DNA from: a virus
Taxonomy: Duplodnaviria > Heunggongvirae > Uroviricota > Caudoviricetes
Length of the DNA: 15,679 bases
Reading direction: 5' to 3' (one strand)
Virus record (IMG/VR): IMGVR_UViG_2563366799_000007
Translations under genes and position numbers: made by a program
Notes under the pieces: generated by a model
Database searches by the model: none
The model's input: the letters and a program-made list of their open reading frames with translations, nothing else
What the model was told of the DNA's origin: nothing
In this document: positions 10,230 to 15,679 of the stretch, piece after piece
Layout of the letters: every line of letters starts with the position of its first letter
Position numbering within the stretch: position 1 is the first letter of the stretch

Positions 10230-10400
10230 ATGTCAGAACGTAAAGACTCAAAATCACGCCGTAATTATCTCGTTAAATGTTCCTGCCCAAACTGCACCCA
10301 AGAGTCAGAACACAGTTTTTCAAGAGTACAAAAAGGTGCCCTTTTGATCTGCCCTCATTGCAACAAAGTATTCCAGACAAATCTTAAAGCTGTAGCCTGA
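10230..10400 (+). CDS. Small zinc-ribbon protein, 56 aa, two CxxC pairs (CPNC...CPHC); may correspond to the K-12 small protein I recall as YnfU
   Basis: Internal ATG of track ORF 10179-10400 with AGGA 7 nt upstream; sits on the opposite strand inside the lysis/late region. Confidence 0.5.
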   Translation: MSERKDSKSRRNYLVKCSCPNCTQESEHSFSRVQKGALLICPHCNKVFQTNLKAVA

Positions 10401-10454
10401 TTGATTTTATTAGTAACAAGTATTTTTTATATTTTAATAATATATTTAAAGCAG

Positions 10455-10481
10455 ATAATAAAAAACCCGCCTGAGCGGGTT
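10455..10481 (-). terminator. Intrinsic terminator, mainly minus strand: AACCCGC-loop-GCGGGTT followed by UUUUUAUUAU
   Basis: Read from the sequence; about 280 nt past the cspB stop. Confidence 0.6.
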
Positions 10482-10763
10482 TGAGATTGTGGTGCTTTTT
10501 GTGGGAGTCATCCACTTACGCACTTTGTTTTGCCATGCCAGCAGTTAGCTTCTGCTGTAAAACTATTCATGCAGCAAACCTGCACTTCACCACAATGGTT
10601 AGCATACTTTTCCTGATTAAGATTTTGCCAAATATGCTGGCCATTGTTTCATGTATTGGACCTCCTTAATTTTTATTAAAGAAATCCAATATTCACTACT
10701 CTGTCCGTATCTCTACTCAGGCATCAGCCTTCTTCGTTATCGTATACAGACGAGCGATGAATT

Positions 10764-10979
10764 TTAATCAGTAATGATGACATTTGCTGCTGCAGGACCT
10801 TTAGCACCACTCTCTATAGAGAAGGTAACCTTTTGACCTTCAAATAAGGTTCGATAATTATCATTCTGAATCGCAGAAAAATGCACAAACACATCTTTAC
10901 TACCATCAACAGGAGAAATAAAGCCGAAACCTTTATCAGCGTTAAACCATTTTACTAAACCAGTCATTTTATTTGACAT
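10764..10979 (-). CDS. cspB: CspA-family cold shock protein (71 aa)
   Basis: Cold-shock domain with KGFGFI and VFVHF motifs. Confidence 0.95.
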   Translation of the reverse strand: MSNKMTGLVKWFNADKGFGFISPVDGSKDVFVHFSAIQNDNYRTLFEGQKVTFSIESGAKGPAAANVIITD

Positions 10980-11140
10980 TCTACATTCCTTAACTTGAGC
11001 CTTTCGGCATAAATGGTTTGCATAACAGAAACGACTTCGTACTTAATTGGAGAGACTCAAAGAAGGAATAAGTGAATAACACCTGAAATGAGAACTGCTT
11101 TAGTAAACTACTTCGTATATCGTCTGTTCTTCAAACCGAC
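10980..11140 (-). promoter_or_regulatory. Long (~160 nt) cspB 5' leader with a cold-box-like element at its 5' end
   Basis: Minus strand near 11121-11139 reads GGTTTGAAGAACAGAC, like the cspA cold box as I recall it; a GCCGAAAGGC element lies just upstream of the start, also as in cspA. Confidence 0.5.
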
Positions 11141-11279
11141 GCAATCATTAACGCATAGTTGAACATATGAAGCAATGTTTATTTTAGACATCCAGCCATC
11201 TTCAACCCCATCAAAAAACTATAGCTTTCTTCAGGAACGTGTGTATAGTGCGCCAAGTTATCAGTATTAAGGAATTTTT

Positions 11280-11492
11280 TTGTCCCGTAAAATGACAGGA
11301 ATTGTCAAAACCTTTGACGGCAAAAGCGGCAAGGGTCTTATCACCCCATCCGATGGTCGTATCGATGTCCAGCTCCATGTTTCAGCGCTCAATCTCCGCG
11401 ATGCAGAAGAAATTACCACCGGATTACGCGTGGAATTTTGCCGGATAAATGGTCTGCGTGGCCCTTCAGCTGCCAATGTTTACCTTTCATGA
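11280..11492 (+). CDS. cspF: CspA-family paralogue (70 aa); apparent TTG start
   Basis: Track ORF; AAGGA 7 nt upstream of the TTG; cold-shock-domain-like sequence with degenerate RNP motifs. Confidence 0.88.
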
Positions 11493-11546
11493 GCTATATT
11501 AAAGCTTTAATTTCAGGCCCCATCGGATCACACATGGAGAGTTTTT

Positions 11547-11636
11547 ATGAATAACCCCGTCTGTCTTGATGACTGGTTGATTGGCTTTAAAAGCTTATGC
11601 TGTACTTTGGCCGTAATAGCTCTGCTAATAATATAA
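11547..11636 (+). CDS. Candidate small hydrophobic protein, 29 aa ([29 protein letters not shown])
   Basis: ATG at 11547 with GGAGA 6 nt upstream, 54 nt downstream of the cspF stop. Speculative. Confidence 0.25.
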
Positions 11637-11781
11637 TAAGCAGACTCATTGTGTTTAGGGACATTGTACTGGAAGAAAACATTTTAAACATCAGGCAAAT
11701 AACCAAGTCACCAGCTAAATAATAAGTTAACAGACATGAGTCCCGGGATGAGATTCAACATTACCATTGCCCCATTTAAAG

Positions 11782-11806
11782 CACAAAACCCGCTCATCAG
11801 CGGGTT
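11782..11806 (-). terminator. Candidate tR'-like terminator downstream of the late promoter
   Basis: Minus-strand hairpin AAACCCGCU-GAUG-AGCGGGUUU followed by UGUGCUUU, about 45-65 nt downstream of the predicted late start site. Confidence 0.55.
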
Positions 11807-11853
11807 TTCTACTTTTTCTTAACGTCGGGTATACAAAGCCCATCGTTGAAAAA

Positions 11854-11882
11854 ATTTTATCCATATTTTTTGAAAAATGCAA
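11854..11882 (-). promoter_or_regulatory. Candidate late promoter (pR'-like) immediately downstream of the Q gene
   Basis: Minus strand TTGCAT-17 nt-TAAAAT, 30 bp past the quuQ stop. Confidence 0.5.
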
Positions 11883-11913
11883 ACATCATGTCGCCATCTT
11901 CAGCAAAAATCAT

Positions 11914-12666
11914 TTATCTCGTCACCTTCCTCAATTGCGCTTCCGCGTATGCTTCTTCCTGCCAGCACTTTGTTACCAGTTTACCAATGACGTCCGCATA
12001 CCCCTTATACCACTGATAATCGGTCAGGTCTGGTACCAGCTTCTGGACATGACGTCGTGCCAGCGTGGTCGGTAAACGACTAAACCGGTTTCCATTACAA
12101 CGCCCACAAATCTTATATACCGGTACGCCATGAAACCGGGTTCTTTTTTCATCCAGAACAATCCCTTTACCCTTACACCCTCTGCACGCTGTGCTGGCTT
12201 CGCCCTTACCATGGCAATGCTGACATAGTTCCTTCACCCATTCTTCCTTGATTACAGATTCCCCGCGTCTGTAGTGTTTCACCACTTCGCGCAATACATT
12301 ATAAAATCCCGTACCTGAACAATGCTCACAGCGAGCCTTACTTGCCGCAGACCTGGAGTAATCAGCAAAGGCAAAACTCACGAGGTAAGGAATAATCTGT
12401 AACCGGATTTCTTCACTCAATTTGTTCAATGTCGGGTTATCCAGTGCCATCGCGTAATTTAGCAGGCCTTCAATCGCAAACTGAGGGTCCTGAACACCAA
12501 CTTTTGCCAGAAATAAGGCCAACCCAAGTGGTGCTTTCGACTGCACCATCCCCTGCGCTGCCATTACATCCGTAATTGTTAAACAACCGGTGCCTGTCGC
12601 TGGAGCGTCATCGCTCAATTTTGGAGATTTTGGGGAGTAATATTTTGGTAAGGCTTCAAGGTTCAT
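11914..12666 (-). CDS. quuQ: Late-gene antiterminator Q (250 aa)
   Basis: Track ORF trimmed to the ATG at 12666 (GGAG 7 nt upstream); Cys/His zinc-binding motifs (CEHCSGTG, CQHCHGKG, CRGCKGKG, CGRCNG). Confidence 0.9.
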   Translation of the reverse strand: MNLEALPKYYSPKSPKLSDDAPATGTGCLTITDVMAAQGMVQSKAPLGLALFLAKVGVQDPQFAIEGLLNYAMALDNPTLNKLSEEIRLQIIPYLVSFAFADYSRSAASKARCEHCSGTGFYNVLREVVKHYRRGESVIKEEWVKELCQHCHGKGEASTACRGCKGKGIVLDEKRTRFHGVPVYKICGRCNGNRFSRLPTTLARRHVQKLVPDLTDYQWYKGYADVIGKLVTKCWQEEAYAEAQLRKVTR

Positions 12667-12679
12667 GCTCGTTCTCCAC

Positions 12680-13729
12680 TTACGCCAGTACGCCAATTGC
12701 CAGCGCGCGATCGATAAAACGAAATATCAGCTCCAGTTGGGAGCCATACTTCTCTTCAAATGCCACTGTATCCGTATGCAGCTCGTTGTGATGCTTTCTG
12801 CACAAAGGCAACACAAAGAGATCATGTGCTTTTGTTCCCATTCCGCCCTGCCCGTGACCAATCAGATGATGCGGATCGTCGGCTGGCATACCGCAGCAAG
12901 CACACGGCTGTGTCTTAACCCAGCGTGTGTATTTCTCCTTAACCCACCGGTGACGTTTAGGCAGCTTCATGAAAGATTCCGGAGACTCTGGATCAACGGT
13001 GATGCTTACCACCGTCTTTTCCTGTGATGGGTTTTGTTGCTGGTGGGCGTGAGGCAACGGTGCAAGATTTTTTGTGCGCTGTTTCAATATGCTGGTGGCG
13101 GTCTGCTCTCCCGGTACGATGTCGCTTTCGCGGTACACCGAGCAGATTTTTTCCGCTGGTAATCCCAGCGAGCGACGTAATACCGCTTCCGGTAGCGCGT
13201 CCGCCAGCTGATTGCGGACCGCCCACCAGGATAATTCAGCCAGAGATAATTCACGCTCCTGCGTACCGCTTATTGCGTGACCGATGACGTCAATCATCCA
13301 TGCTGACAGGTTTTGATGAGCAAGTTGCTCGAGTGATTCGGATGTCTGGTCACGCAGCTGGTTGTCGCAGTGCCAGCACAACACCATTGCGCCGGTACCA
13401 TATCGGTGAATAACGGTTTCGCTGTGATGATAATCGCCGTGTGGCCACTGGCAGGATTTAATATGGCGCAACAGCCAGTCAGACAATGCACCAGCACCAC
13501 CAGCAGCACGAATTACCCGTGTGTTACTGAAAAACGGCAGCAATGTTTTGTCTTCCACCAGCGGCTGGCGAACGGCAGGAACGACCCCGGACGGCAGATT
13601 ACGCATGCTTTTCGGTTCCGGCTCCACCAGTACCCGGGTATTGTGGAATACCGGCATGGATTCACGGCCCGGCTTAACGACCACCAGCCCGAGTTCCGGT
13701 ACCAGAACAGGTCGAAGTAATACCCGCAC
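12680..13729 (-). CDS. ydfU: Prophage protein YdfU (349 aa) with a C-terminal HNH-like Cys/His motif
   Basis: Track ORF; C-terminus CACCGMPADDPHHLIGHGQGG...LCRKHHNELH; apparent GTG start directly after the rem stop. Confidence 0.85.
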   Translation of the reverse strand: MRVLLRPVLVPELGLVVVKPGRESMPVFHNTRVLVEPEPKSMRNLPSGVVPAVRQPLVEDKTLLPFFSNTRVIRAAGGAGALSDWLLRHIKSCQWPHGDYHHSETVIHRYGTGAMVLCWHCDNQLRDQTSESLEQLAHQNLSAWMIDVIGHAISGTQERELSLAELSWWAVRNQLADALPEAVLRRSLGLPAEKICSVYRESDIVPGEQTATSILKQRTKNLAPLPHAHQQQNPSQEKTVVSITVDPESPESFMKLPKRHRWVKEKYTRWVKTQPCACCGMPADDPHHLIGHGQGGMGTKAHDLFVLPLCRKHHNELHTDTVAFEEKYGSQLELIFRFIDRALAIGVLA

Positions 13730-13730
13730 G

Positions 13731-14120
13731 TTACCTCCAGAGGCGTTGCTGGAATGTACGGGACGGACGCGGTGGGCGTTCGGAGTAAGGCAATCTGACT
13801 GAGATTATCCAGTGACGGTAGTCGAGGCTAAGGGCTTTTTTAACCTCGTATCCGCGCCTGCGGTAACACTGAATTATCCATTCAGCCTGCTCTTCAGTGC
13901 ATGGTGGATGCTGGAACCAGTCCGATTTGAATGCATGAAAACGCCGTCCGCACCTGCTGGCAAAGACGGCAGAATCATCAGAATTGTGTAATTTGGTATC
14001 GTGCGCCATCGGTTGTCTCTGCTGGCGCAGCAGGTGCCAGTTGTTCAGGCTGGCGTATAAAGTATAAATAAACTGGTTCCAGTGTAAAGCCCCTACATTA
14101 ATGGAATAAAAGTCAAACAA
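13731..14120 (-). CDS. rem: Prophage protein Rem-like; start uncertain (TTG at 14120 or ATG at 14009)
   Basis: Track ORF; stop abuts the ydfU start, suggesting translational coupling. Confidence 0.6.
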   Translation of the reverse strand: MFDFYSINVGALHWNQFIYTLYASLNNWHLLRQQRQPMAHDTKLHNSDDSAVFASRCGRRFHAFKSDWFQHPPCTEEQAEWIIQCYRRRGYEVKKALSLDYRHWIISVRLPYSERPPRPSRTFQQRLWR

Positions 14121-14370
14121 CAGATTGTTGGGATAAACACAACGCTTATTATTAAAAGCGATTAGATAAATTAAATTTTAATGTTATGCAATTTTACCAG
14201 ATCACCATAACATCTCGTTTGAAACCACCAAAACAACAACCATATCAATATTGATTATGTTAAAGTGAGTAAATATGGAAAACAACAAATCTGCACATTA
14301 CGCTCCTTTTTTATCTGTGATACTTTTTGTTTTATGCTGTGTGTGGGCATTATTTTTATAAAAATATTTA

Positions 14371-14462
14371 CAGATAAAATAAACCCGCCGAAGCGGGTTA
14401 AGTGCGGGTGCATTGAGGATGCCTGACACATCAGAGGTGGCGAGGGATTTCTCCCTCGCCTG
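14371..14462 (-). terminator. hok mRNA 3' end: 9-bp hairpin (14439-14460), fold-back element (14404-14418) and terminator (14382-14399 plus U tract)
   Basis: Terminator on the minus strand is AACCCGC-UUCG-GCGGGUU followed by UAUUUUAU. The segment at 14404-14418 is complementary, with a single-nucleotide bulge, to the predicted mRNA 5' end at 14781-14794. Confidence 0.55.
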
Positions 14463-14467
14463 GTCTC

Positions 14468-14623
14468 TTACTCCTCAGGTTCGTAAGCTGTGAAGACAGC
14501 GACCTCCGTCTGGCCGGTTCGGATTCGTACCTCGCAGAGGTCTTTCCTCGTTACCAGTGCCGTCACTATGACGGTTAAACAGATGACGATCAGGGCGATT
14601 AACATCGCCTTTTGCTGCTTCAT
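14468..14623 (-). CDS. hokD: Hok-family type I toxin (51 aa), closest by recall to HokD/RelF and Gef
   Basis: MKQQKAMLIALIVICLTVIVTALVTRKDLCEVRIRTGQTEVAVFTAYEPEE. The track ORF extends 19 codons upstream in frame to an ATG at 14680 (a Mok-like position). Confidence 0.9.
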   Translation of the reverse strand: MKQQKAMLIALIVICLTVIVTALVTRKDLCEVRIRTGQTEVAVFTAYEPEE

Positions 14624-14827
14624 AGCCTGCTTCTCCTTGCCTTTCGGCACGTAAGAGGCTAACCTACATGTGTCTAGCATGAAATTGGCCTCAGATTAAT
14701 GTTAAGCGTCTTGCAGGACGCGTAATGTTAACTGGGGCTTTTCTCTATCTGCCTTTGGTGTTCATGCCTGAGGCAGATAGCCTCAAGCACCCGCAGCAAT
14801 TCTACTTAACTCACGTCACCTCGCCAA
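14624..14827 (-). promoter_or_regulatory. hok leader and promoter: candidate -35 TTGGCG (14822-14827) and -10 TAGAAT (14799-14804), predicted start near 14793
   Basis: Promoter hexamers with 17-bp spacing read from the sequence; the predicted 5' end coincides with the segment complementary to the 3' fold-back element, giving a transcript of about 420 nt. Confidence 0.5.
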
Positions 14828-14834
14828 TATAAAA

Positions 14835-14924
14835 TCAATCAGAAAGGCGATCCGTAAGAACAACAGCAAGACAATAAATTGCCATTACAGCCGCAATAGC
14901 TAGCGCACATTTGAGAACCAGCAC
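14835..14924 (-). CDS. Candidate 29-aa membrane peptide (MLVLKCALAIAAVMAIYCLAVVLTDRLSD); possible type-I-toxin-like small protein
   Basis: GTG start with a perfect AGGAGG 5 nt upstream (14930-14935); candidate promoter TTGAAT-17 nt-CATATT at 14962-14990; ends 8 nt before the hok -35. Overlaps, in another frame, the Cys-rich 98-aa track ORF. Confidence 0.3.
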   Translation of the reverse strand: MLVLKCALAIAAVMAIYCLAVVLTDRLSD

Positions 14925-15238
14925 GACAACCTCCTGTATTGGACGTACACCAGTCCTGATAAATATGAGGCTGTCTCATCATTGATTCAATATAACTATT
15001 GGGTATAGTTTCTGTGATTTTGTTCTGTAGAAATGGAACACAACAACCAGTCTCCACCAGCACTTCTTTAAATACGCCAAGTCCGACGCAAGCTAACCTT
15101 CTAGTCCGCTTTGAGCGAACTGTGGAAGCTCGCAAATGTTGTTACATCTGATGAAGGCATTACTCAAAGGAGGGGATAGTAGTCAACGTGGAGCAGGCCA
15201 TGTTAGTATTTTTATACAATTCGACTAAGGGAAAAACA

Positions 15239-15679
15239 ATGAGGCTTTACATAATAGGAAATGGATTTGACATGCGTCATGGCTTACCAACAGGATACAA
15301 GCACTTTAAGTCGTATGTAGAAAAAAATGACCAAGATCTATATGACGCGATAGAAGAATACATTCCTGCTGGGGACGAGTGGAATGAGTTAGAAAATGCT
15401 TTAGGTGAAATTGATTATGAGCTTATCCTTCAAAACAGTGAGATATTTTTGGCTTCATACAATACCGATGATTGGAGCGATGCTTATCATCACGATTACC
15501 AATATGAAGTAAATAAAATCACACAAATGCTGTCAGCTCGTTTGAAGGAGCAATTCGCTGATTGGGTTAAGGAAGGTGCGAATAAGCGGGGAAATTCTTC
15601 TCGGCTGACTCAGTCATTTCATTTCTTCATGTTTGAGCCGATTTTTTCTCCCGTAAATGCCTTGAATCAGCCTATTTAG
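15239..15679 (+). CDS. AbiH-like abortive-infection protein, N-terminal domain only (147 aa from the ATG at 15239; track ORF starts at GTG 15188)
   Basis: Starts MRLYIIGNGFDMRHGLPTGYKHF, which I recognise as the N-terminal signature of the AbiH family; AAGGGA 7 nt upstream. Stops at the window edge at less than half the usual family length. Confidence 0.55.
   Translation: MRLYIIGNGFDMRHGLPTGYKHFKSYVEKNDQDLYDAIEEYIPAGDEWNELENALGEIDYELILQNSEIFLASYNTDDWSDAYHHDYQYEVNKITQMLSARLKEQFADWVKEGANKRGNSSRLTQSFHFFMFEPIFSPVNALNQPI

Noticed and set aside
10481-10669. AAGGAGG followed by an 11-codon minus-strand ORF, and a 62-aa plus-strand ORF, in the stretch between the cspB stop and its terminator
   Set aside because: A single AAGGAGG is expected by chance at this sequence length; the ORF is too short; the plus-strand ORF has a TTG start and no support.
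12993-13802. Several ORFs on both strands overlapping ydfU and rem
   Set aside because: Alternative frames of the ydfU/rem coding region, with Arg/Pro/Ser-rich low-complexity translations typical of off-frame GC-rich DNA.
14275-14360. 27-codon hydrophobic plus-strand ORF between rem and the hok terminator
   Set aside because: Very AT-rich context where hydrophobic ORFs arise by chance; weak ribosome-binding site.
14839-15135. 98-aa Cys/Gly/Ser-rich track ORF (minus strand) that could be mistaken for a ribosomal peptide precursor
   Set aside because: TTG start with no ribosome-binding site; the Cys-rich C-terminus is an out-of-frame reading of the 29-codon hydrophobic ORF, which has a perfect AGGAGG.

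Overview
This window reads as the right (late) arm of a lambdoid cryptic prophage of the E. coli Qin type. Gene names and all comparisons with E. coli K-12 or phage lambda are from memory of those sequences, not from a database search. Coordinates rely on the supplied ORF track (whose coordinates include the stop codon and allow GTG/TTG starts) plus hand translation. Left to right: (1) an MFS transporter ORF (ydfJ-like, 1-1284, minus) whose N-terminus looks cut off, so the host-prophage junction probably lies near 1285; (2) a 750-bp AT-rich non-coding stretch, then ydfK, the serine invertase pinQ and convergent tfaQ; (3) a deletion junction near 4105 that fuses the first ~389 codons of a lambda-type terminase large subunit to the last ~70 codons of a side tail fibre gene, removing the head and tail genes; (4) a lambda Nu1-like small terminase gene with an in-frame TAG, next to an apparently intact cos site; (5) accessory genes ynfO, ydfO, gnsB, ynfN and cspI; (6) a phage-21-type lysis cassette (pinholin essQ, ydfR with an apparent frameshift, SAR endolysin rrrQ, nested spanins rzpQ/rzoQ); (7) a 56-aa zinc-ribbon ORF and the divergent cold-shock genes cspB/cspF; (8) a candidate late promoter and terminator just downstream of the Q antiterminator gene quuQ, then ydfU and rem; (9) a hok-family toxin gene with an intact-looking leader and 3' fold-back element, where K-12 as I recall it has relB-relE-hokD; (10) at the right edge, a candidate 29-codon membrane peptide ORF divergent from a 147-aa ORF with an AbiH-like N-terminal motif. 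Block (9)-(10) is the least conventional part and the best candidate for an undescribed toxin/defence cluster, but both right-edge calls are hypotheses. No tRNA, rRNA, CRISPR array or IS element was seen.
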